From the NCBI RefSeq assembly GCF_009914755.1, contig NC_060942.1: a stretch of DNA of 64,000 nucleotides, one strand, 5' to 3'. Both the position numbers and the translations under genes were made by a program. Within the stretch, counting starts at the first letter, position 1, and the number at the start of each line of letters is the position of its first letter. The notes beneath the pieces were generated by a model, which made no database searches, was not told the origin of the DNA, and saw only the letters and a list, made by a program, of their open reading frames with translations. Below, piece by piece: positions 46,349-63,518 of the stretch. This DNA is from the human T2T-CHM13v2.0 reference genome, Homo sapiens.

Positions 46349-48706
46349 CGAATTAGTCCATTTTCACACTACTATAAGGAAATATCTGAGACTAGGTAAT
46401 TTATGAAGAAAAGAGGTTTAATTAACTCACTTTTCTGCAGGGTTAACAGGACTCACAACTGGATGGCCTCAGGGAACTTAAATCATGGGGAAAGGTGAAG
46501 GGGAAGCAAGCACTTCTTACCATGGCGGCAGCAGCAGAAGAGAGAGAGTGAGCAAAAGGGGAAGTGCCACACACTTTCAAACAACCAGTTCTCATGAGAA
46601 CTTACTCACTATCATGAGAATAGCATGGAGGAAGTCTGCCCCCATTATTCAATCGCCTCCCACCAGGTCCCTTCCCTAACATGTGGGGATTACAATTCAA
46701 GATAAGATTTGGGTGGGGACACAGAGCCAAACTATGTCATTCCACCACTGGCCTCTCCCAAATATCATGTCCTTCTCACATTTCAAATCACAATCATGCC
46801 TTCCAAACAGTCCCCCAAAGTCTTAACTCACTCCAGAGTTAACCCCAAAGTCCAAGTCCAAAGTCTCATCTGAGACAAGGGAAGTCCCTTCCACCAATGA
46901 GCCTGTACAATCAAAAGCAAGTTAGTTACTTCCAAGATACAATGGGGGTACAGGGATTGGGTAAATATTCCCATTCCACATGTGAGAAATTGACCAAAAC
47001 AAAGGGGCCATAGGCCCCAAGCAAGTCTCAAATCCAGCAGGGTACACAGTAAATCTTAAAATTTGAAAAAACTTTCCTTTGACTCCATGTCTCACATCCA
47101 GGGCATGGTGATGCATGGGATAGGCTCCAATGGCCTTGAGTATCTCCAGCCCTGTGACTCTGCCCCATGGCTACTTTCATGGGCTGGCATTGAGTGTCTG
47201 TGGCTTTTCCAGGCTCACAGTTCAAGCTGTTGGTAGATCTACCATTCTGGTGTCTAGAGGATGGTGGTCCGCTTCTCATAGCTTCACTAGGCAATGCCCC
47301 AGTGAGGACTCTGTGTGGGGACTTGAACCCCACACTTACCCTCTGCATTGCCCTAGCAGAAGTTCTCCATGAGGGCTCCACCACTGTAGCTGACTTTTGC
47401 CTGCAAATCCAGGTTTCAGAGGATGCAAATACATCCTCTGAAATCTAGGTGGAGGTTCAAAAACTCTTGCCTTCCAACACCTGGAGGCCCAACACCATGT
47501 GGAAGCCACCAAGACTCGGGGCTTGCACCCTTTGAAGCCACAGCCTGAGCTGCACCTTGACCCTTTTTAGCCATGGCTGGAGCTAGAATGGCTGGGATTC
47601 AGGGTGCCATGTCCTGAGGCTGCACAGAGCAGCAGGGCCTTAGGCCCTGCCCACAAGACCATTTTTCCCTCTTAGACCTCTGGGCCTGTGATGGGAGGGG
47701 CTGCTGTGATAATCTCTGACATTCCCTGAAGATATTTTCACTGTTGTCTTTGGGATTAACATTCAGCTTTTCTTTACTTATGCCAATTTCTGCAGCAGGC
47801 TTGAATTGCTCTCCAGAAAATGGGTTTTCTTTTCTACCACATGGTCAGGCTTCAAATTTTCCAAGCTTTTATGCTCTGCTTCCCTTTTAAACATAACTTC
47901 CAATTTCAGACCATCTCTTTGTTAATGCATATAGCTTTATGCACTTAGGAGCAGCCAGGCCAAATCTTGAACACTTTGCTGCTGAGAAATTTCTTTCATC
48001 AGATGTCATATATCATCAAAGTTCCACAGATCTCTAAGGCAGGGGGAAAATGCTGCCAGTCTCTGCATAGCAAGAACGATCTTTACTCCAATTCCCAATA
48101 AGTTTCTCATCTCCATCTGAGATCATCTCAATCTGGACTCCATTGTCCATATCACTATCAGCACTTTGGTACAAGTCTCTAGGAAGTTCCCAACTTTCTC
48201 ACATCTTCCTGTCTTCTTTTGAATCCTTCAAACTGTTCCAACTTGTACCCATTACCCAGTTCCAAAGTCACTTCCACATTTTCTGGTATCTTTGTAGCAG
48301 TGCCCAACTCCTGCCACAAATTTTCTGTATTAGTCCATTTTCATACTGCTATTAAAGAACTACCTGAGACTGGATAATTTATGAAGAAAAGAGATTTTAT
48401 TGGCTCATAGTTACACAGGCTTAACAGGAAGCATAACTGGGAGGCCTCAGGAAACTTACAATCATGTTGGAAGGCAAAGAGGAAGCAAGCACTTCTTATC
48501 ATGGCAGCAGCAGAGAGAGAGAGAGAGGAAGTGCCACACACTTTCAGACCACCAGATCATTTGAGAACTCACTCACTATTATGAGAAGAGCAAGGGGGAA
48601 GTCCACCTCCATTATTCAATCACCTCCCACCAGGCCCCTCCCCTGATATGAGTGGACTACAATTGGAGATGAGATTTGGGTGGGGACACAGATTCAAACC
48701 ATATTA
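46349..48706 (-). mobile_element. Complete MSTA MaLR provirus: LTR 46349-46739, internal 46740-48325, LTR 48326-48706
   Basis: Two homologous LTRs flank a roughly 1.6-kb MST/THE1-type internal region; TSD GTATG at 46344-46348 and 48707-48711. Confidence 0.93.
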
Positions 48707-49123
48707 GTATGCAGTGGTAACTGGGGACAACAAGTCTGAGGCAGTGTCCCTGACTGAAAGAATGGTTAAGACAACAGGCAACATGCTACCGTCTTAGAGC
48801 CAATAGCCGTTTGAGAGAAATGAAAGGCAGAACTCTACCAAAGGACAACACAGGTGCCAAGTAATCAGGTTGACTTCAGGAAAACTGGAAGGACAACAAT
48901 TTTATCTGACTTGTGAATTAGGAGATAGGTTGTTCTAAGTCCCATTAAATGATTGCCCTTGGAGTTCATCTCTGGGAGTAGGGAAAACAAAAGACAATTA
49001 TGAACCACAGGCTGGAATTTTCCATTGTTATACACAGGCATTTAATTTGTGTAATGTAAACTTTGACCAGGGCGTTTACTTGTTTTCTGGTTTAGCATCA
49101 GTCACTAAAAAGTAAATAAAATT

Positions 49124-49420
<297 letters not shown>

Positions 49421-49879
49421 AAAAGTAAATAAAATTAATTTTCAATACGTTTTACAGGCAATATTTTATGGTTCCTCTTCATTTTAATTGGTTTTAATTA
49501 TCTCAAGAGTTTTACTAGAACTTGAAGTAACAGTGAACTATGTTTAACCTCTTTTGTTGTAATTTTTAACAAATATTTGTTCATTTTTGCTTTTCTATAA
49601 TCTTTTCTTTGGGGGGAGGGTCTTTACTTAATTTAGATACTAATAAGGCTCATAATGCCTTAGTATTATCTGGCTGTACTTTTAACCCTCATGTACTTCC
49701 ATTTTATGTTGGTCCTGCCCTTTGCATTTTGAACAACATTTTCCTGCAAGAAAAAGCAAACAAAATAGGATTTGAGTAGTTTGCTTTCTACCTATCACTG
49801 CTAACACTGAGGTATTGCATGAAAGCATATGGTAACTTCTTTAAAAGAGAACTGAAGTCTCAGTAGATTAAGAACATTG

Positions 49880-50110
49880 AAGTTTATTACTTGCCCATGT
49901 CAAGTACAATTGACATTCAGGGAGTGGGCTTGTTTCTTCCCCAGACACTCATACAGGTCATCTTGCTAATGGCAACTTTGCCATCCTCAACAGATGGCTT
50001 CCCAGGCCACCTTGATGTTGACATCCTTCCAACAGAAAGGGAAAGACAGAGTGTGGGGAATCACCTGGGAAGTATTTACGGATGAGTGCTGGGGTGTACA
50101 AAACACATCT
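49880..50110 (-). mobile_element. Old MLT1-like fragment
   Basis: Resemblance to MLT1J/K/L-type text; strongly diverged. Confidence 0.35.
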
Positions 50111-50159
50111 AGAAACACCTAGGGGTTCCTAAGATCTCAAATGCAGAAATCACATTGTA

Positions 50160-53666
<3,507 letters not shown>

Positions 53667-53978
53667 GCCACCACTGTGTTATACTCAGTGGCATATTTAG
53701 ATCTCCGCTGGCTGCTAGATGTTCCTACTATAACTCTGATATTTGCCACCACTGTGTTATACTCAGTGGCATATTTAGATCTCCGCTGGCTGCTAGATGT
53801 TCCTACTGTAACTTTGATATTTGCCACCACTGTGTTATACTCAGTGGCATATTTAGATCTCCGCTGGCTGCTAGATGTTCCTACTGTAACTTTGATATTT
53901 GCCACCACTGTGTTATACTCAGTGGCATATTTAGATCTCTGCTGGCTGCTAGATGTTCCTACTGTAACTTTGATATTT
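53667..53978. repeat. Tandem repeat (minisatellite), 4 x 78 bp
   Basis: Units start at 53667, 53745, 53823 and 53901; copies 2 and 3 are identical, copy 1 differs at 2 positions, copy 4 at 1. Confidence 0.97.
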
Positions 53979-56900
53979 CTGTGTTCAGACCCAGTGTCTT
54001 CTCTCAGAGCCTTTAGTACTAACCCCTTTCCAGAGTAAAATAGTAGATTCATGCTTATGTTTCCTATCCAGTTTACTGTTTCATATGCATCTCAATTAAC
54101 ATTCTTTAAGGCTAAAATCATTTTATTTTCCCAATGAGAAATCAAATAGCAGTTTATGAAAACCAGAAATGTAATAATAACTCAGAATTAATTACTCATT
54201 AGCCAATTATCCTTTAGATTAGAAATTACAATTCAGGTTGGTAAAAACAAGGCTATAAACAGTACTTAAACTGCAGAATTGGGAAAATCTCTGGAGGATA
54301 ACACTGAGAGTGGGGCCATAGTTTTCCCATTTTTGGCTCCTTGGTTTTGGCCAATAATCTCATATTCTTATTTTTTACAAAAAAAGCTTCTCTAGTGCTG
54401 TTAAAAATCACGATCAAAATATATTTCAATATATTTTATACACATTATATTTTCCCATCTACAGAGTTAGAGTTTGCTTGCCTGTGACTGAATAGGTTAT
54501 AATACTAAAACGGGTAATTTGTTTATTTATTTTTTGAGAACAGGAATAGAGAAGCTTCAGATTATAGGGTTTATTGTTAATGAAGATTCTTTTGTCCTAG
54601 GAAATAAATATATTTTAACTAATTTATGAACAAATGTGGCAAGAAATAACAAATAAAATACATCAATTAAATATAAACACAAACGATTCCTATCATAGCT
54701 ATGTAAATAGACACATTTTATAAAATGTTATATAATATACAGGCTAGTTTGGTAAAATTATATATATGTAAATATATCATGGATTTAAGTTTCCTGGCAA
54801 CCAGGGCAAAAAAGAGAGATACTTTTAGTTATGAGAAGGAGAATCATAATAAGTTATTTAGGGAAGATAATTTTCCTCCTGACTTTAACTCTGAAGAGGA
54901 GGGATCATATGGTGCTTTTCTTTAGTCACGCAATAATAAAATGGGAAAAATTCTTGACGTACTTCATCTGTAAAGTCAGAAATTGACTTCACTTGTCTAT
55001 TTTACCCATTAACCTCCCAAAGAAAGCTATCAGTAAAATGCATTGAACCTGTTCAAATATTCTAAACTGTTACCAGTTTTGGGGTGTAATCACTTATGCT
55101 GTGCTGAAATGTGTCACTTAACCACACTGTATCATGAATTACAACCTTGTGTCATTTAAGAGGTTATTCATATGACAAATTAACACATTTGTCACAGATC
55201 CCAAAATTTAAAGTCTGAATTGGAATTTGGTTTTAAAATGCTTTTTTGATAGAATATTTGATTCCAAAAAGCAGAAATTGAATCAAACTCAATTTAGATA
55301 GTATTTTAAAATATATAAAAATTAGTTTTAAACTAGTGTGGCAAGTTTTATCCTGTGACAACTACATTCAAACAGAAGAGATTATGAGACTAAACCAAAT
55401 AGTAATCAAACTAAACTATGACTTCTAGAATCTTTTATAAAATAAAGTTTCATGTTAGTGCCTAAATTTTGAATGCTGAAGTCTGTGTTGATCAATAAGT
55501 TTTAGAAAAATAAAAATGGACTGGAATGAATGAAGATAGTTATGCTAAGGATAAAATAATCTAATAATATAATTTTACTCACCTTGTCACCAAAGGGCAT
55601 ATGTCCCTAGACATAATCCTGAGAAAATTGACTATCCACAATTTATACTGTACAAGGAGCTGTAATAATGTCCTGGGCTGTGAGATTCAAGTGGATATTT
55701 TTCTTTTGGTTTCCCATCCCAAAATACTCCAGTCATCATCCCCAGTGGTAAGTTATTCTTCATTCTGTGGCTTATTCTCAAAATGTGGGTTTTCTTTACA
55801 TTCTTATGCTGCCCCTCTCCATTGCCTCAGAACCATATCCTATCAGTAGATTTTTCCATTCTGAAAGCTGCCTACATTACAAGTCTTATCCAGTGGGTAT
55901 TAATGTGGAAATAATGAAGATGTCACATTTTTAGAAATGTTTCATAGCCTCTCACCTTCATGTTTCTTTAAAAGTGTTAAGAAGTTATATTTTAATGCAG
56001 TGACCTTAACTGATAAGAATTATTCCCTCTAAGACTACCAAAATACAATTTTTTTTAGCATTTCATTTTCTACAACTTGAAAAAATTATATTTCTACCAA
56101 AAGTTGCATTTCAACAACAACAACAAAAATACTCAATACCTACTCCAATTATACAAATTCACTTTTGGTTAAAAAACATAACTGCTGGAATTATCATCTT
56201 GGGTAATTTATATGCATAATAATGGGCAATGTCAGTATAGTACATCCCATACCATTCTTTACTTATCTTTACTCTCAGAAAATTATGACTTAACATTTGT
56301 ATCATCAAACACGTCACAATTTTGGTCTCATATTGAGAAAGCATAAAGTATCATAAGACCCTGTTGGCCATACACCAGTGAAATTAGAAGGGCTTAATGA
56401 CATTGAGAGTGAAAGACCAAAACTATAGGTGTGAAATGTGGAAGACTTTCACTGGAAAATTAATTATTAATGTAACAAAATCATGAAATCTTAATGCCAA
56501 CTGGTATTATGGAAAAATACAATGGGTTGAATAAGAATTATAGTCATAAGAAGACATCACAGCACCCTACTCTGAAGAATTCACTGAAAGAAAGGGACAG
56601 AAAGCAATGGGACTCACATTCAATTTAGACACGCACATAAAATTTCAATAAAAATGAAAATAAATCCTTTTTAAATCTGGAGGAATGGTTAATCTATGAT
56701 TATCCCCAAGAATATGATCTGAAAGTTTAATAAAATGATAAGATGGTAAAATAGCAATTCATGACACTCCTAGGCACATACATGCTCACAAAATCAATAC
56801 AGTGTTCTCTCCAAGGTTGTACAAATCTTTATATAGATTTTAGAGCAAAAGGACTATATAGATAGGAAATAACCAGAAAGTCATTTGTTTATCTTCCTTA

Positions 56901-57289
56901 AAACAGTTCAGAGATGTCAATCAAACTTTGAATGACACTTGTCATACTCACTACTCACCTTACGTAGGTACTTTTCCCATCACTTTATCAATCCAGAGTT
57001 TGTTTAGAGTCACAAGAATAAGGATTCTTTGTCCAAGAAAAGCTGCATAACTAAATAATCATGATTTTGGTGAGGCATTTAGGTGTATATAAAATCCATG
57101 TTCCTTTGATTTTTTTGTATTAATGAATAACCTACTACAACATGATTAATTCATGTCATTTACAATTTGATCAGGCACTAGCATCTCTTGTGCATCCTAC
57201 TAACAATAGCTAATAATAAATTAAGTGGTTAGGAATACAAAAGTAAAAAAAATCATATTGTACAATATCACTTATGTAGTGTTCATGCC

Positions 57290-57600
57290 AACAATATTTT
57301 ACCTGTTTTCTAAAAATGAAGAAGAAAGCAAAGAAGAGAAATCCAGAATCCAGAATGTGGGAGAGTCTGCAGGACAACTGAGTTGGACTTTAAAAACATA
57401 ATATTTTCATAAAAGACAAACAAATATACAAGGTATTTCTCTACATTTGATTAAAATAAAGAGACATGAAAATCAAATAGCCTGTGTGAGTCATAAGAAA
57501 AAAATATTGTAGGTGGTATTTTTGACACAATTGGAGACAATTAAATATGGTTCTTTGGGATGGAAAGATTAAGCAGCAATTCTCCCAGTACCAGTGGGTG
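57290..57600 (+). mobile_element. L1MC/ME 3' UTR-like fragment
   Basis: 'aatgtgggagagtctgcaggacaactg', 'tttttgacacaattggagacaattaaatatgg'. Confidence 0.45.
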
Positions 57601-58169
57601 TACCCAGGAATAAAGAAGGCAAGTGAACTGTCTCCTTGGAAACATTTCATTATTGGACCCTCTCACAGCAAGCTAATAGTTTTTGCTAGCAAGAGAGTTC
57701 TTATCATGAAACACTTTAAGAAGGATACACCTGGATGTCTGGGATTATTTACAATAAAGAAATTTGTATTCTGAGGGTGGATGGGGCATGGTTCTTTAGA
57801 AAGTATCTCACATAAGCTCACAGAACTTATGTAACTGAGTATAAAATGTTTTCATGACTAAATAGCTTTCTTCTATGTAGGTGATATGAAACGCATAACT
57901 TGCTTAGAGACTGCTATTGTACATCTAGGCCAGAGGAGAGCTCAGCTGATGGTCTCAGATCCCTCCCTCCTTTGCTCTCTCTCCTGATTACTTGCCTTTG
58001 AAACTGCTAGTAAATCAAGACGCATGTAAAATTGTGTTTCCTGTTAATCTGATTTGATTAATGATTCTTTGTGTTAAATAATACACTTGAAGTCATTGTT
58101 AAATCAATATTACATTTCTGTTGTAATAATATTTTACATAATGTCCTTCATTATTCTTTTAATATTTTC

Positions 58170-60210
58170 TATAACTGTAGCTGGCTAATCTTTCTCACTC
58201 CAAATCAGGTTGATCTTTTTTCTTTTCTTGATTCTTAACTTCCTCAAGGGATGTATCTATTTTAATAATCTTTTTAAATAATTAGCTTTTAGATTAATTT
58301 TTCATTTCAAAAATATTGTATAAAAAGACATATAGGCTATATGCAATACACAGATGACAAATCATTTGTGTATATTATATATGTAATTCTGGATGTCTAA
58401 TGGGTTTTTGTTCTTGTTTTTTTTCCAATTTCTTATTGCTCTTTCAATTGTTTTACTTTTTATAATTTCTTACTGTTTTCTAGCTAGGTTGTTATTTCAA
58501 TTATGTTCTTTTCTTTAGCACTTATCAACAAACAGGTTTCTAGTTTCCAATAATCAAGGTATTTAGGAAATTTTTAGTTATTTCTAGTTTTATTGAATTA
58601 TGGTTTAAAATCTATGCTTTTTAAAACCCATTAAGATATTAATTACAAAACTATGCATGATCAATTTTCCCTAAGGAGGTATATACCCACAGTCACACAA
58701 GGTGTATACACACACTTACACAAAATAGTATATAGTATACTATATCATTTTTTAAATAATTTTTTTAGAAAAATTATTTCCACAATATCGCTCATGGAGC
58801 CTGTACTTGAATCCTTATATATATTCTTGAAATTTTGTTTTTTTGTTTGTTTGTTTATGTAGGTGTCACATGTCACCTTTGTCTACTCTATGTCACTATG
58901 GGCATTTTGTGAGGTTTGTACTCTTTGATGGTAGGATTTCCTTGTCTGTTCCTTGAGGTTTATAGTAGATGGTATCTGCCCCGAGGCTTGTAATGGAGGA
59001 GCTGGTAGTCAGGAGACTTCCAGGTCACTGTCCAGGCAAAAAAACTGAGCTTCTGCCTCCTGGGCTCCAGCTCGACCCCAGTCTCAGGTGGAGAGAAAAC
59101 TCATCACACTTGCTGGCTGTCTTCTCTTTGGCTTAGGGTCAGGGAGTTCAGACATACTCTAAGGGAAAATGAGTGTTTTACTTCGCTTGGTGGATACACA
59201 GATATTTTCAGTCCAGCTATTCTGTGATCATTCTGGTGTTCTCTAATGCCTGTGTTTGCCCATGTTTCTGATACAGAGTGGTGAAAGTGCTGAGCAGGGA
59301 TAGGAGGAAATTATTAGCCCTGGACTTGTTTTTCTTTCCTCCATTCCAGGAGAATGCAAATGTAGCAGTGACTCTTCTACTGTGCAGAGGAGGGCCTCTC
59401 CCTAGCGGGTGGAAGAGCAATGACATGGGCTTTTAAACCTCGATCCCTGAGTGACTTCACGGAGAAGAGCTGCATCATGACCCTGACCTGGGTGGAGGTG
59501 ACACAATAAAAAAGTAAACATCAGTCCTTTGCAATACACTCCGTTTTGTGGTCCTTTTGTTAAATACATCTTAGTAACCAAAATGGTACACAAAAATGCC
59601 TCTTTCCTCACACTCTCTCACACTTTTAACAACAGTTGTCAAATAGTTTGATGTTTGCTAACTGCTCTGTAAAATTGTATCTTATTGTCATTTTCATTTC
59701 TTTCTTCTTATGAATGAGATTAGTAACATTTTATGTTGATTGAAATCATTTCTGATTTCAGAGAACTCTGGCATTTCCTTTAGCTATTTTTCTATTGGTT
59801 TATATAACTCTTGTTATTATTTATCTTCAGGAATATCAAATCACAGTGTCATATTTGTCATAAGTGATTTTCCCCATTTTTTTCATGTTTTATATATTTG
59901 TGATGATTTTTTGGCCATGAAGAAAATGGTGATATTTTAGGTAATGACCTTTATTGATCTTTCAAAACTGATTCTTGATTTCTGTTTATGCTTACAAAGA
60001 TCTTCTATACTCCAGTGTTTTTTCAAAATTGGTATTTTCCTTTAGTATCTCATGATTTATTTTGGTTGATTTGCACAGTTGATGCCTCTGGAATTTATTT
60101 TGGTAAAGGTTTGTGAATTTGTGATTCATTCTTATTTTCTTCCAAATGGGTGCCAAATTGTCACAACATTTGTTGAATAATCCATCTTGTCACCATAGAT
60201 TAAATGATGA
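58170..60210 (-). mobile_element. Old L1ME-like fragments (about 58170-58700 and 59560-60210)
   Basis: T-rich reverse L1 ORF2 text, e.g. 'ctggaatttattttggtaaagg...tgtcacaacatttgttgaataatccatc'. Confidence 0.55.
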
Positions 60211-62394
60211 TTTTACAGTGTTAATATTACAATAAAATATTCAAATAAATATGACCCTGTAGAACAAACACAAGAACCCAACATTATTTGCACAAATAGT
60301 ATAGAACTGTAGTTTAGGTCTGCTGCCCTGCATAATTTTTTAAATTATTAATTCAAACTTTATTGGGAGTAGATATTAGAATGGTGTTGAAGGAGATCAA
60401 TAGAGAGCAACAAAAGTTTGCATTAGATCTCTGGACATAGTAAAAGGTTTCTATAGAAGATGTTTTGTGTTCTCACTTGTCTTCTCACTTTTACAAAATA
60501 TTTATAAAATATCTATCAAATTCTTTGAACTTTTATGTTATTAACAGAGATCTGATTATTATTTCTTGAGTATTAATTCACAGTGTGAATTCACTGTGAA
60601 TTGTTATCCACCTGTATTACGTCTAATGCTAGTTTTAATTCAAAACATATTTTGCTAAATTATGAAAGACAGAGTGTTTACTTGTTGATTTGTATTGATT
60701 TATCCTGTATGCTCCATAGATGAATGGCTCATACATGGTAATATGCTTCCAGAACCTTCATAAGTTTTTGGAAGTTACGTGAACTATTGTTGTATAAATT
60801 GACTTTATTCAACATCATCAATGGAGTGTGATCGCTACTTGCTTAGGAATGAAAAATGTAATATCATATCCAAATTATTCTTTTTCAGACAAATAAGGAT
60901 CCTCAAGCTGCATGAAACTGAGAATAAATATTGTTAATCAAGCTTGCTACACTGGAGGCATCTGCCAATTAAAGCAGTTTAAATTTAATCGAAGGATCTA
61001 TCAAAGAGAAGGGTGTATAAAAGTTTCTGTAAAGGAAATACAACCCACGAAAGAAAGTGTGCATGATGAAGCTGCAGTGGGCAATGGTTTATAGTGTGGA
61101 ATGGGCTGAGGTTATCCTATGGAAACCCAGGCTGTGTTTTCGAAGCGAGGGGATGGTTTAGGGGAATATCATGTCTATATGGTAATCAAATACAGGATTT
61201 TGTCCAAGCAAAATGATTTGGAAGGGCTTCCTGATCGACTTTTAGATAATTAATACATACTCTTGCTCATAAAACTGATGGTTTCAGGCTCAAGAAGCTC
61301 GTGTCCCTAACCTCACCTTGCCCGCCAAACTGGCCCCCAAAGTCCGTGACAGGATCATTGGTAAGATACAAACCTGTGAACAATGGTCTCAGAGACATCT
61401 CTCCTCCTCCCCTGCCCCATTCTAATAGTTTTGAGGATAAGATATTGACATTCTTGGGAAAAAATAAATAAAAGAAACCTGGAAGAAGATTACTTCAGTG
61501 ACAAATTCTACATTACCCATGTGAAGACGAAAGAAAGTTAATCTCTTTCTGTCCCTTTCTTAACAAAAATCAGAAATTTCATGCCTTTATTTCCTTCCAT
61601 TTTTTCTCCTTTAAAATAGTTTAAATGTTTCTCAGCCTGAAGAGCCATAAATATAAACCTTGATTTTTTTTTCTTCTTTCTTGAACAACTTCACTGTGTG
61701 ATAGGTTTTTGGCTACTTTTCCAAGAAACATCCTGTGAGTGTGTTTCTGAATAAGGCAGTGATTTATACTTACCCCAGTGTCGCCATAGGGCCAACTCTC
61801 ACATCCTCCTCTTTCCGGAGCCACTAGTTCTTAGGCACGGCCTTACTGCTCTTATATTCCTCCTTTCTTTCTTTCTTTTTTTTTTTGATGTTCTTTGACT
61901 GTCCTGTGGGAGAGTTTGTAAAGCAAATTGATGTCATACTCTAGTCTCTGCAGTTTCTCCTAGTTGTTTCTTTTTATAAGATCTGTGCATTGATGACTTT
62001 CTTTTTTATTATTCCAAATAGAGATTTACTGTAGAAAATACAATAACTGCCTTCCCCTGTATTTTGGTGTCATGTACTCTTATTTTCTATTTTCAAATGT
62101 TGAATATCAAGAGAAGAGGGTGATGCAGAATCAAAAGAGTATGCCTTAGGTGGTGGTTTTGCAATGCTTGGAATAAAAAGAAAATGAGCTACAGTGCTTA
62201 ATTCTAATTAAGAAGGGATCCTTAACTTTCCCTCATATAAGAATAATAGGTTTCTGATAATGTAGAATTTTTTGAATCATTGGTGTTTAAAATAGAGAAA
62301 ATGTAAGTAGCATTATGACTGTTTTGAATAAAATCATATAATGAAAAAATGTGAATTGGTTAACAGCAAGATGTTAGCAAAAATAGCAAGGAGC

Positions 62395-62700
62395 CTAATT
62401 CATTTATTCATTCAATAAATATGTATTGAGCAGCTACCATATTCACACACTCTTCTAAGTGCTAGCAACACAGCAGTGAAGAAACACACAGGGTTCTTGC
62501 CTTGTAAAGGACAGGCATCTAGTAATAAACATTTAAAAGATCAGATATTGGGAGTACCATGAAGAAAAATGCAGAAGAAAAAGGGGTATAAAGGAAAGGC
62601 AGGTTAAATATGAAATAGAGTTGTGGGCAAAGGTTTTCTGATGCAGCATGCTTTGTTCAGACTCCTAAAGGATATCAGGCTGATTTGGGAAGAGCTTTCT
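62395..62700 (-). mobile_element. L2 3' fragment
   Basis: 'ttcattcaataaatatgtattgagcagctac...ctaagtgctagcaacacagcagtgaa'. Confidence 0.8.
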
Positions 62701-63518
62701 TCATGACCAGAGAGATGTCCCAATTTCTGAATGTCTTGTCTCTGAATAAATCACCTGCTGTTTCTGAAAATGGGATGTTTTCTCTTAAAATAAACAGAAC
62801 AAATAGCTGTTGGGCTCCCAGGCTAACTCACAAATCCTAAATAGTTACTAATTTAGCTGAGTTTGTGCTTGTTCCAATAAGCAGTTTGGAGAAGTAGTGA
62901 ATAAGAAATACTCACAACACATTCAACACCTGTCCCCAAACATATCCTATATTACAGTGTCTGGGCAGAGGGAGCTCCACTCAAGTGAATTCAAAAACCG
63001 ATTGACACTAAAATCCAAACAAAATTATGTTCCTGATCTGATGAAGAAAACAAGAAAAGAAACTGTCCGTTCTATCTCCCCCATGCTGATGGGCACACTT
63101 TTAATCTTGGGGTCCCTTACATGACATTCCAGGCTGTTTTCAGGAAATGTGCCTGACAGGTGGGGAAAGTCCATAGTCAATCTTTGGAAACGTCACCCTT
63201 GCAGAATGGGTGGGTTGGTGGCAATCTGTGAAAAGCAGCTGCCATGGGTAGCTTGCTTTCTCAAACCCGGCATGTACCCACACATCTAACTCTGTTCATG
63301 GAGTGTCTGCTGCTCTAGGATTTCAAATAGGTGCCACTCTCATCATCCTAATCTATGGCTCCTCTAGTTTCGGTGATCTAGCAGCAATGGGAGCATTTTC
63401 ACAGGTGTTTTGCTACCATCCTCTCGACAAAAATGTTGTCTAGGTAAGTACGGTCTCCAATGTACAGATGGCAAAATTAAAACACAGATCAGTAAGTAAG
63501 CAGATGCTCTGCACATAG

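Noticed and set aside
53667-53978. CRISPR-like array
   Set aside because: The units are head-to-tail with no unique spacers, there are no cas genes, and the context is primate DNA.
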